NCBI GenBank assembly: GCA_964527915.1
Contig: CAZGNS010000001.1
Location: 1 to 54,965 of the forward strand
Reading direction: 5' to 3'
From: an uncultured Ignavibacterium sp.
GTDB taxonomy: Bacteria; Bacteroidota; Ignavibacteria; Tepidaquicellales; Tepidaquicellaceae
DNA: 54,965 bases
Positions 18,848 through 27,145 of this stretch are shown here, one piece after another. The position numbers and the translations under genes were made by a program. The notes below the pieces were generated by a model that ran no database searches, was not told where the DNA came from, and saw only the letters and a program-made list of their open reading frames with translations. Position 1 is the stretch's first letter, and every line of letters begins with the position of its first letter.

Positions 18848-21649
18848 TCAGTATCCGTTAATAATACCTTTTTTTACAGCCGGAATCCCGTTTTCCATCC
18901 ATTCAGGCATTGGTTTGCCTTTCAGATAGTGGTCAAAAAATTCCATCATCCGAATTGAAAGGTCAACTCTGTTTGGCCATTTCATTAGATTATGTTCATC
19001 TCCGTTATAGCATAAAAGATAAACAATCTTTCCAAGTCGCCTCATCGAATTGAACATTTCAAGTCCTTGCTGATAGGGGACAGCGCCGTCATTGTCATTT
19101 GCCATAATCAGAAGCGGAGTTGTGATTTTATCCGCATTGAAAAGAGAAGAATTTTCTATATATAGATTCAGGCTGTCAAATAAAGTAGCGCCTATTCTGC
19201 TCTGACTTTTTTCATACTGCATTATTCTTGTCATCCCGGATTCCCATCTTATACCGCCATAAGCACTAGTCATATTCACAACCGGTGCTCCTGCCATAGC
19301 AGCCTTGAAAAATCCTGTCCGTGAAACCATATAGGCAGATTCATATCCGCCCCAGCTTTGACCCTGAAGCCCTATATTATCTTCATCTACAAAGCCCTGT
19401 TCAATAAGAGCCTTTGTTCCGCTCATAATTCCGTCATATGCACTCTGTCCGGGATGTCCTACTTTATATGTCAGGTCTGGTATGAATACTATATAACCGT
19501 TACTATTATAAAGCGGGAAATTTATTACAGACCTGCTCGGAGTAAAACCGTAATAATAGTTTATATCCTGAGTATATTTTTCGTAAAAATATATTATCGT
19601 CGGATATTTCTTTGATGCATCAAAATTATCAGGTTTATAAAGCAATCCTCGCATATCCTTCCCTGTAGAATCTTTCCAATGGAATATCTCAACATTTCCC
19701 CAGAGATAATTATTTTGCTGCGGATTTGCTATGGTTAACCTTTTAGAACTACTGAAATTCAAATCAGAGTACCATAAATCGGGATAATCTCTGTAAGACA
19801 TCTTTGTGAAAATTATTTTGTCGGCTGACTTTGCTTTAACCGGTGTAGAGGTTGCGTAACTGAATTTTGTAATTAATTCAGGCGCATCAGGCTTTGATAA
19901 TGATATATAAAAATATGATTCGGAAAAATCATTCTGGTCTATACCCTTGAGCAGGATTTTATCCGTAAATCCGATGTATGTAGTATCGGGATATAAATCA
20001 GAAAAGCGAAACACAATATTATTTTTTCTGCCTTCGCCTCTGGTCAGACAAAGCGGCTCTTCCGAGTTATCCGGCTTTACTTTCCATATATCATATCTGT
20101 CATAAATCAGCACATATTCGTCATTCTTTGTAAAACCTGCTATGCCGTAAGGATTAGGGAACATTGGCTGGTCCCATTCTTCATCATCAATTTTATAGTT
20201 TATGCTTTTTGAAATGTTATAATATCTGTCGTTCTTAATTGAGTAGCTGCGCCAACTGCTGTCTGATGTTTCATAATAAATCAGAAAATTATTAAATGGT
20301 GAAAGATATGATGAATATTGTTTGAAAGTCGCAATCTGTTTGTGCTCACCTGTTATCAAATCAACAAGATATATGTCGTTATATTCGGGCTCATCCCAAG
20401 TTACGTATTTACGATAAGGGATGTTTGTAAGTCCGATTGCAAGTTCGGGATTGCCTGTCTTTGTAATGCGGACATCATTCAATAGTGTATCGGCAATCTG
20501 AAATATTATTTTGTCAGCGATTCTGTAAATTGCCGTATAGGATTTTTTCAGAGTTTTATCCAGTTCCTTCAGTTGCTGTGACTGCAGCAGCGGGTCCTGC
20601 CAGTTCCATACATCAACTTTGAATTTTTCATCATCAGGAATTGTATCTTTCGGCTGAGCATATATTTTTGGCGCAGTATTAAAAAATAATTTACTATTGT
20701 CATCGGAAAATTTTATAGTTCCGTTTTCTGATATTTCCCAATCATTCGGAAAAGCCGATGTGTTTGTATCGGCAATTTTTATTGCAGCGTAGGTATTCGG
20801 ATAATAAAAATACAGGTCATATCTTTTTACTGAGGAAGTATCCTTTGTATAAAGAAAAGCCGAATATAATCCATTTGAACTTATCGCAAGATTACTGACT
20901 TTACCTTCTGACTCAAATATTTTATAAGATGAACCATTTTTCTGATTATGTATATAAATTTCGGTGAGTGGTATATCCTTGCTCTTTGTCGACGCTTCAT
21001 CATAAATTTCCTTAGCGTACAGAATGAAATCACTTTTTTTCGATATTTCAAAATCTTTTACATCGTTAATTGTGTCCTTATCAGATTTTGTGAGGTCTAA
21101 AATATTAAGCTGATATGTATCTTTAAAATGATTATTCTTTTTTTGTGACTTATCATCTTGCTTGATTGTATCTGATTTATAATCCTTCAAATAAACTATC
21201 TGCGGCAATCCGAATTCAGTATAAGAATATTTATTTACATCCGAAATCTTTACCAAAGACTTTAAACCCGATTGAACATCAAAATAAGCAATTGTATCTT
21301 TCGGAAAATCTTCGGATTTCTTTTTTGCAATTTTCATTTTGCGTATAGATTCATATTCCGGTTTTATTTTTAAAATCGCAATATTTGTGTTTGGAATAAT
21401 AATGCCATCCGAACCTCTGAAAACCGAATCCGTCTTATCATTTTCAGAATCATAGACATAGAAAAAGCCGTCACCTTTTGCCGGATTTATTTCATAAGAA
21501 ACATATTTTCCGTCAACGGAAATTTTTGCCTTTTCGATTTTATTCCACGAATTATATAGCGAGTGATTTAATGGAATCTTCTCCTGCGAATACAGATTAG
21601 CAAGAATCAGAAAACTAAATATAAAAATATGTATGTATTTCATATACAA
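18848..21649 (-). CDS. S9 family (prolyl oligopeptidase/DPP-type) serine peptidase with long N-terminal beta-propeller region
   Basis: 933 aa. Signal peptide, nucleophile motif GQSWGGY, and a C-terminal ...DNDGAVP...GDEH catalytic Asp/His context. Confidence 0.8.
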   Translation of the reverse strand: MYMKYIHIFIFSFLILANLYSQEKIPLNHSLYNSWNKIEKAKISVDGKYVSYEINPAKGDGFFYVYDSENDKTDSVFRGSDGIIIPNTNIAILKIKPEYESIRKMKIAKKKSEDFPKDTIAYFDVQSGLKSLVKISDVNKYSYTEFGLPQIVYLKDYKSDTIKQDDKSQKKNNHFKDTYQLNILDLTKSDKDTINDVKDFEISKKSDFILYAKEIYDEASTKSKDIPLTEIYIHNQKNGSSYKIFESEGKVSNLAISSNGLYSAFLYTKDTSSVKRYDLYFYYPNTYAAIKIADTNTSAFPNDWEISENGTIKFSDDNSKLFFNTAPKIYAQPKDTIPDDEKFKVDVWNWQDPLLQSQQLKELDKTLKKSYTAIYRIADKIIFQIADTLLNDVRITKTGNPELAIGLTNIPYRKYVTWDEPEYNDIYLVDLITGEHKQIATFKQYSSYLSPFNNFLIYYETSDSSWRSYSIKNDRYYNISKSINYKIDDEEWDQPMFPNPYGIAGFTKNDEYVLIYDRYDIWKVKPDNSEEPLCLTRGEGRKNNIVFRFSDLYPDTTYIGFTDKILLKGIDQNDFSESYFYISLSKPDAPELITKFSYATSTPVKAKSADKIIFTKMSYRDYPDLWYSDLNFSSSKRLTIANPQQNNYLWGNVEIFHWKDSTGKDMRGLLYKPDNFDASKKYPTIIYFYEKYTQDINYYYGFTPSRSVINFPLYNSNGYIVFIPDLTYKVGHPGQSAYDGIMSGTKALIEQGFVDEDNIGLQGQSWGGYESAYMVSRTGFFKAAMAGAPVVNMTSAYGGIRWESGMTRIMQYEKSQSRIGATLFDSLNLYIENSSLFNADKITTPLLIMANDNDGAVPYQQGLEMFNSMRRLGKIVYLLCYNGDEHNLMKWPNRVDLSIRMMEFFDHYLKGKPMPEWMENGIPAVKKGIINGY

Positions 21650-21811
21650 AAATTGAAGTTAAAGATTAAAAAAATTATCGATATTTAAAATAAAATGATA
21701 TGCATTAAGCATCCCGAATTTAAATTAAGATATATAAATATATTCATTCAGTTAATACTTAACCTATTTAAAAATTTGTATGGTAAAAGGAAAATAAAAA
21801 ATAAATTCAAT

Positions 21812-21894
21812 AAAGGAATTGGGGCTAAAGCCCCTGTAGATAGCATTTATCCCATCCATGACTTGAAAGTCTTGGCAAAAAGTATTTATGAATT
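21812..21894. repeat. Hairpin repeat unit A1 (83 nt)
   Basis: AAAGGAATT-GGGGC/TAAA/GCCCC (21821-21834), a 21-nt linker, then CCATGACT/TGAA/AGTCTTGG (21856-21875), then CAAAAAGTATTTATGAATT. It aligns end to end with A2. Confidence 0.7.
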
Positions 21895-21929
21895 AGTATC
21901 AATTGTTTAAAAATTGTGAGATAAACGCA

Positions 21930-21963
21930 CGCTTAAAGTCTTTTCAAAAAGTATTAACAAATT
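21930..21963. repeat. Degenerate half-copy of the 3' part of unit A
   Basis: CGCTTAAAGTCTTTTCAAAAAGTATTAACAAATT compared with A1 GACTTGAAAGTCTTGGCAAAAAGTATTTATGAATT. The left stem arm is lost. Confidence 0.5.
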
Positions 21964-22111
21964 TGTGCCATTTGTTTTAATGAAATTCGGATATATAAAT
22001 ATAAAATGTCCGGTAAATAATTCTTGTAAATTAATTTTAATGGGTAATCGATAAATAAAATTAAAAATATAAATTCAAAATATTTTATATTTTAAAAAAT
22101 ATTTTTGAAAT

Positions 22112-22176
22112 AATTAGCACCGTCCTTCAGGGCGGTGAAGCAGAATGTCATTCCTACCTCCACGGACTTTAGTCCG
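22112..22176. repeat. Hairpin repeat unit B1
   Basis: AATTAG-CACCGTCC/TTCA/GGGCGGTG (22118-22137; 8 bp including one G-T) followed by AAGCA, about 25 nt, then CGGAC/TTTA/GTCCG (22163-22176). Confidence 0.7.
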
Positions 22177-22210
22177 AAAGCTCTTACAAGTAAAAATTCA
22201 CAAAAAAATA

Positions 22211-22293
22211 AAAGGAATGAGGGCTAAAGCCCTTTAATGAGATAATTTTTTTAATCCACTACTTAAAAGTAGTGGCAAAATGTTTTTTTAATT
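22211..22293. repeat. Hairpin repeat unit A2 (83 nt)
   Basis: AAAGGAATG-AGGGC/TAAA/GCCCT (22220-22233), a linker, then CCACTACT/TAAA/AGTAGTGG (22256-22275), then CAAAATGTTTTTTTAATT. Confidence 0.7.
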
Positions 22294-22354
22294 CGACTAA
22301 ATCATCAACCGGAATCGATGTCAATATATAATTAAAATAAAAATTGTGTAAACC

Positions 22355-22418
22355 AATTAGCACCGTCCTTCAGGGCGGTGGAGCATATAGATATCCCACC
22401 ACTAATTGGACTTCAGTC
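22355..22418. repeat. Hairpin repeat unit B2
   Basis: The first 26 nt (AATTAGCACCGTCCTTCAGGGCGGTG) are identical to B1. They are followed by GAGCA, a divergent linker containing TCCCACC, and GGAC/TTCA/GTC (22408-22418). Confidence 0.7.
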
Positions 22419-22493
22419 AAAATGGATTATATTTTTGTTTTGGAAAATGAAATATATGATTGATATAAAACATATTTATAATTAATTTTGACT

Positions 22494-23873
22494 ATGATTG
22501 ATATAAAATCTGCTTTAACGGATATCTGCGGTGAAGAAAATGTATATGATGATAAATATACTTTGGAAATATATTCAAAAGATAATACGGAAAAACTTTC
22601 CTTCCTTCCGCAGATTGTGGTGAAACCGAAAGATAAGTATGAAATTTCAGAAGTACTTGCTTTTGCAAATGAATTCAGAATTCCTGTTACTCCGAGAGGT
22701 GCAGGCACAGGCCTTTCAGGCGGTGCATTGCCTGTCAAAAAAGGGATAGTATTATCGGTTGAACGGATGAATAAAATTCTGAATATTGATAAAAAGAATT
22801 TTTTTGTAGAAACACAACCTGGTGTAATCACAAGAAAATTGCAGGATGAAGTTGAAAAATACGGATTATATTATCCTGTTGACCCTGCTTCAAGAGAAAG
22901 TTGTTTTATCGGAGGCAATATTGCAGAAAATTCAGGCGGGCCAAGAGCATTGAAATACGGAGTAACAAAAGATTATGTACTCGGACTTGAATTTGTTACT
23001 CCGACCGGTGAAGTAATTGATTCAGGTAGTAAGACATTGAAAAATACTACGGGATACAATCTTTCTCAGCTTATTGTCGGTAGTGAAGGTACACTTGGAA
23101 TAGTAACTAAAATTACTTTAAAACTTGTGACTAAACCGAAATTCCGTAAACTGATGTTGGTTGCATTCAGTTCACCCGAGAAATGTATAGAAGCAGTTTC
23201 TGAAATCTTTATCAGAGGACTTCATCCGTCTGCACTGGAGTTTCTGGAAAAAGCCGCAATAAATGCGACTGAAAATCATTTAGGAAAAGCATTTCCGAAT
23301 TCACGTGCAGAAGCTCAGCTGCTGATTGAAGTTGACGGTATGACAGAAGAAATACTATATGAAGAATTGGAAGAGATTTCAGATGTAGTTGAAAAATTCA
23401 AACCGACAGGCTCAATAGTTGCTGAAGATAATAACAAGATTGAGGAAATATGGGCTCTGAGACGCGCTGTTGGCGAAGCAGTGAAATCTATATGCGAATA
23501 CAAAGAAGAAGATACCGTTGTTCCGCGTTACAGAATGCCTGAACTTCTTAAAGGTATCAAAGAAATATGCAGAGGATTCGGAATAAGGGCAATCTGCTAC
23601 GGTCACGCAGGTGACGGAAATCTGCATATAAATATACTGAGAGATTCTCTTTCGGATGATGAATGGAAAACAAAAGTTCCGGAAGCAGTGGAAGAGATAT
23701 TCCGTCTGACAGTATCTTTGGGAGGCACAATAACCGGCGAGCACGGAATAGGCTATTCACAAAAGAGATATCTTTCTCTTGCACTTTCAAAGCAGGAAAT
23801 TGAACTTCAGAAAAAAATCAAGAAACTTTTTGACCCTAAAAATATTTTAAATCCCGATAAAATTTTTATGTAA
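22494..23873 (+). CDS. FAD-linked oxidase, GlcD / D-lactate dehydrogenase family
   Basis: FAD_binding_4 pattern (PRGAGTGLSGGA), C-terminal GGTITGEHGIG and LFDP.NILNP. I prefer ATG 22494 (MIDIKSAL) over TTG 22488. Confidence 0.85.
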   Translation: MIDIKSALTDICGEENVYDDKYTLEIYSKDNTEKLSFLPQIVVKPKDKYEISEVLAFANEFRIPVTPRGAGTGLSGGALPVKKGIVLSVERMNKILNIDKKNFFVETQPGVITRKLQDEVEKYGLYYPVDPASRESCFIGGNIAENSGGPRALKYGVTKDYVLGLEFVTPTGEVIDSGSKTLKNTTGYNLSQLIVGSEGTLGIVTKITLKLVTKPKFRKLMLVAFSSPEKCIEAVSEIFIRGLHPSALEFLEKAAINATENHLGKAFPNSRAEAQLLIEVDGMTEEILYEELEEISDVVEKFKPTGSIVAEDNNKIEEIWALRRAVGEAVKSICEYKEEDTVVPRYRMPELLKGIKEICRGFGIRAICYGHAGDGNLHINILRDSLSDDEWKTKVPEAVEEIFRLTVSLGGTITGEHGIGYSQKRYLSLALSKQEIELQKKIKKLFDPKNILNPDKIFM

Positions 23874-23875
23874 TT

Positions 23876-24277
23876 ATGTTTATATCAGAGACAAAAATCC
23901 GTGTTCTATATGCTCATACAGATAAAATGGGAGTAGTATATTACGGTAGATATTATGAGTATTTTGAATCCGGCAGAAACGACCTGCTAAGAAATATCGG
24001 TATGCCTTATACCGAAATTGAATCGATGGGATACATATTACCGGTACTGAAATCGCACGCCGAATATTTTGCACCGGCTAAGTATGATGAACTTATCAGT
24101 GTGAAATGCTATCTGAAAGAAATGCCGTCGGTCAGAATGAAAGTTGAATATGAAATTATAGGCAGTGAAGGATTGGTTGCAGAAGGCTTTACGGAGCATT
24201 GCTTTGCAAATATAAAAACATTCAAGCCGATTAAACCGCCTGAAAGATTTATTGAATTATTAAAAAAATATTTTTGA
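23876..24277 (+). CDS. Acyl-CoA thioesterase, 4HBT/YbgC family
   Basis: 133 aa. RVLYAHTDKMGVVYYGRYYEYFE hotdog-fold N-terminus. Confidence 0.8.
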   Translation: MFISETKIRVLYAHTDKMGVVYYGRYYEYFESGRNDLLRNIGMPYTEIESMGYILPVLKSHAEYFAPAKYDELISVKCYLKEMPSVRMKVEYEIIGSEGLVAEGFTEHCFANIKTFKPIKPPERFIELLKKYF

Positions 24278-24279
24278 CT

Positions 24280-25143
24280 ATGAAAAACTTTTATAGAAAT
24301 TTTGATTTTGAAAAAGCAAAAAAACTTATCGGACTTGCTTTACAGGAGGATATGGGCACCGGAGATATTACTTCAGAATTGCTTATAGACAAAAATGAAA
24401 ATTATAAGGCAGAGCTGATTTTGAAAGAAGATGCAGTGATTGCGGGATTGAAAGTTTTTGAAATGGTATTTGATATGGTAGATAAAACAGTAAAGGTCAG
24501 TAAAAATATTGAGGAAGGAAAATTTTATAAAAAGGGAACTATTGTAGCATCAATAAAAGGGAACGCACGCAGTATGCTGCTTGCAGAAAGGCTTTCATTA
24601 AATCTGCTGCAAAGAATGAGTGGCATCGCAACAAAAACATATATGATGAGAAAACTTCTGAATAATGACAGGATAAAATTAATTGATACCAGAAAAACAA
24701 CTCCTAATCTAAGACTTTTCGAGAAACTTGCTGTTAAAATCGGGGGTGGTGCAAATCATAGGTTCGGACTTTACGATATGATTCTGATAAAAGATAATCA
24801 TATAGAATCTAACGGTGGAGTGTTGAACACTTTACAAAAACTCAGGGAAATTAAGACGAAACTAAAAAAGGAAATTGAAGTTAAAAATATAAGTGATTTT
24901 GAAATTGTGCAGCAGTATGGTAAGGGACTTATTGATATAGTGATGCTGGACAATTTCAGTATAAATGATGTAAGAAAAGCAGTCTCAATGAATAGAGAAA
25001 AATTTGAAATAGAAATTTCAGGCGGAGTGAATGAAACAAATATCCGTCAGTACGGTAAGATAAAAGGAATCGATTTTATATCCTCAGGAGCATTGACTCA
25101 TAGTGTAAAATCAGTCGATTTATCACTGAACTTTATATCTTGA
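24280..25143 (+). CDS. nadC: Nicotinate-nucleotide pyrophosphorylase (carboxylating)
   Basis: GDITS, ERLSLNLLQRMSGIAT, DTRKTTPNLR, KDNH, SGG...ISSGALTHS. Confidence 0.9.
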   Translation: MKNFYRNFDFEKAKKLIGLALQEDMGTGDITSELLIDKNENYKAELILKEDAVIAGLKVFEMVFDMVDKTVKVSKNIEEGKFYKKGTIVASIKGNARSMLLAERLSLNLLQRMSGIATKTYMMRKLLNNDRIKLIDTRKTTPNLRLFEKLAVKIGGGANHRFGLYDMILIKDNHIESNGGVLNTLQKLREIKTKLKKEIEVKNISDFEIVQQYGKGLIDIVMLDNFSINDVRKAVSMNREKFEIEISGGVNETNIRQYGKIKGIDFISSGALTHSVKSVDLSLNFIS

Positions 25144-25193
25144 ATATTTTTGCAACGCAATTTAAATTACATATTATTAAACAAAAACTAATT

Positions 25194-25607
25194 ATGAAGA
25201 GATTTACAATTTTAATAGCAATTGTCGCAGGTATGATGTATTTGTTACCCGGAATTGCAAACTCACAATCTAAGCCACTTCTTTATTTCTGCGAGAGGTA
25301 TGATAATGTACTTGGAGAAGTAGGACAGAGCTCAACTTTTACTCCCGGAACTTTTACCGTTATGGTAAAATCGACTGAAGCATTGGGATTGGAACAAGTA
25401 TCAGTTCAGATAGACAGATATGATTTGAGAACCGAGCAGTTCACATTTTATAAAAAAGTACCATTCACAATTAGTCCGAGCATGAGCTATGTGTTTTTCG
25501 AGTCTGATAAACTAGGGATAGATGTTCCCGGTGTCTATAGAGTTTACTTACTTGATGAATATGACGCAACGGTTTGTGCAAGCGTTATAATAATCAAATC
25601 GAGATAA
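25194..25607 (+). CDS. Secreted hypothetical protein carrying an uncharacterised ~110-aa domain (paralogue P1)
   Basis: Signal peptide MKRFTILIAIVAGMMYLLPGIANSQ. Then LYFCERYD...FTPGTFTVM...FTISPSMSYVFFESDKL...PGVYRVYLLD, homologous to the C-terminus of the 32775-33464 product. Confidence 0.7.
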   Translation: MKRFTILIAIVAGMMYLLPGIANSQSKPLLYFCERYDNVLGEVGQSSTFTPGTFTVMVKSTEALGLEQVSVQIDRYDLRTEQFTFYKKVPFTISPSMSYVFFESDKLGIDVPGVYRVYLLDEYDATVCASVIIIKSR

Positions 25608-25634
25608 AGTTGTACAGCTAATAAGTAATTTTCG

Positions 25635-25669
25635 GGTTATTCCGTTTCAGAATGCGGAATAACCTTTTA
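25635..25669 (+). terminator. Rho-independent terminator after the P1 gene
   Basis: GGTTATTCCG (25635-25644) pairs with CGGAATAACC (25655-25664), followed by TTTTATT. Confidence 0.7.
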
Positions 25670-25686
25670 TTATATTTAAGGAGAAT

Positions 25687-27144
25687 ATGTTAGATAAACT
25701 GAAGTCACTGTCAAAAGATACATTAATATACGGGACTAATACTATAATAGGAAGGTTTCTGAATTTTCTATTTGTACCGCTTTACACAAATATATTTGCA
25801 CCGGGTGAATACGGTGTGGTTGCAAATATATATGCATACATTGCAATATTAAATGTGTTTTTTACGATAGGTCTTGAATCCGGATATTTCAAATTTGCAT
25901 CAACTCTTGAGGTCGGAGATGAAAAAGAAAATTTTACAACTCCATTTCTGGGCATATTTATTAATTCCTTAGGCTTGGCTCTCTTGCTTATTATTTTTGC
26001 AAATAATCTTACAGGAGTTTTCCAGATAAATAAAAACAAAGCATATCTGCTGCAGTATACCGCGGGTATTTTGTTCTTTGATGCAATATCAATTGTTCCT
26101 TTTGCATATCTGAGATTAAAACATAAACCTGTTTTATTTTCTGTACTTAAAGTTATAAATATTTCTATTAATGTTTGTCTGAACTTTATTTTAATCCTGG
26201 GTTTCAGATGGGGAATTGAGTCTGTATTTATAAGTAATCTTGTTGCTTCGGTTGTTACCTTTATACTTTTGCTGCCCATCATAATAAAAGAACTGAAAAT
26301 TACTTTCAACAAAAAGCTGATAAATGAACTGATGAAATTTTCGTTACCTTATATTCCTGCCGGCATTACATCAAATATTGTGCAGGTGATAAACAGGCCT
26401 ATGCTTTATGCTATGACAAATGATTCTGTAGTCGGGATATTTCAGGCAAATTACAGACTTGGAATATTTATGATGCTTTTTGTCTCGATGTTTGAATTTG
26501 CATGGAGACCGTTTTTCCTGCAGACAGTACAGGAAGACCCTGTTAATGCAAAGAAAATATTTTCAAAAGTAATGACTCTCTTTCTGATTGCCGCATCGCT
26601 TATTTTTCTTGTTCTCTCACTTTTTATAACCGATATTGCTCAGATAAAATTAATGGGCAGAGGACATCTGATAGGCTCTAAATATTGGAGCGGGTTAAAT
26701 ATCGTACCGATTATTTTATTTGCATATCTGCTTTACGGTCTTTATATAAATCTCATGGCAGGAATTTATATTGAAAAGAAAACTAAATATCTTCCACTTA
26801 TAACGGGAGCGGCTGCAGTAATTAATGTCGGATTGAATTTACTTCTTATACCGCCTTTCGGCATGATGGGAGCTGCTGTAGTTACTCTGGTAAGTTATTT
26901 CTCAATGCTAGCCGGAATTTATATGGTAACCAGAAAATATTATCCAGTAAAATATGAGTATAAGAAAATATTTCTTACATTCATGAGTCTTTTTATCACT
27001 TACGGAATATATCTCATCGCACAGCAGATAAGTGTACTTAATCATTGGTATATTAAAATATTTATTATAATTATTTTTGTATTATCTATCTTTGCAATGA
27101 AGGTGATAAACTTAAAAAGTCTGAGAACTGTAATCTCATCTTAG
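25687..27144 (+). CDS. MOP-superfamily oligosaccharide/polysaccharide flippase (Wzx/MurJ-like)
   Basis: 485 aa, about 12-14 TM helices, typical N-terminus ...GTNTIIGRFLNFLFVPLYT. AAGGAG ribosome-binding site upstream. Confidence 0.75.
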   Translation: MLDKLKSLSKDTLIYGTNTIIGRFLNFLFVPLYTNIFAPGEYGVVANIYAYIAILNVFFTIGLESGYFKFASTLEVGDEKENFTTPFLGIFINSLGLALLLIIFANNLTGVFQINKNKAYLLQYTAGILFFDAISIVPFAYLRLKHKPVLFSVLKVINISINVCLNFILILGFRWGIESVFISNLVASVVTFILLLPIIIKELKITFNKKLINELMKFSLPYIPAGITSNIVQVINRPMLYAMTNDSVVGIFQANYRLGIFMMLFVSMFEFAWRPFFLQTVQEDPVNAKKIFSKVMTLFLIAASLIFLVLSLFITDIAQIKLMGRGHLIGSKYWSGLNIVPIILFAYLLYGLYINLMAGIYIEKKTKYLPLITGAAAVINVGLNLLLIPPFGMMGAAVVTLVSYFSMLAGIYMVTRKYYPVKYEYKKIFLTFMSLFITYGIYLIAQQISVLNHWYIKIFIIIIFVLSIFAMKVINLKSLRTVISS

Positions 27145-27145
27145 T

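Noticed and set aside
21872-21890. TTGGCAAAAAGTATTT (also GTGGCAAAATGTTT at 22272) as a sigma-54 -24/-12 promoter for the neighbouring NtrC-type regulon
   Set aside because: Ten nt after the GG there is TT, not the required GC/TTGC element, so only the -24 half matches.
21695-21910. 71-aa ORF in the large intergenic region
   Set aside because: It runs straight through hairpin repeat A1, has no ribosome-binding site, and has a low-complexity Lys/Ile composition typical of AT-rich non-coding DNA.
22131-22146. GGTGAAGCAG in unit B1 resembles the SRP RNA domain IV motif GGAAGCAGCC
   Set aside because: The segment occurs twice (the second copy reads GGAGCAT), and the flanks cannot form the long SRP helix 8/5 pairing.
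21812-22418. Possible CRISPR array
   Set aside because: The repeats belong to two different families, are not identical in length or sequence, are irregularly spaced (399 and 243 nt between like units), and no cas genes are present.
22427-22831. 134-aa minus-strand ORF overlapping the start of the glcD-like gene
   Set aside because: It is antisense to a well-supported FAD-oxidase CDS and carries no recognisable motifs, so it is a shadow ORF.
25782-26312. 176-aa minus-strand ORF inside the flippase gene, and similar antisense ORFs at 1529-1936, 8626-8976, 13420-13725, 22427-22831, 32888-33226, 45010-45354 and 49290-49679
   Set aside because: All lie opposite strongly supported genes. They are Ser/Ile/Phe-rich as expected for the reverse frame of AT-rich coding sequence, and they lack start-site context.
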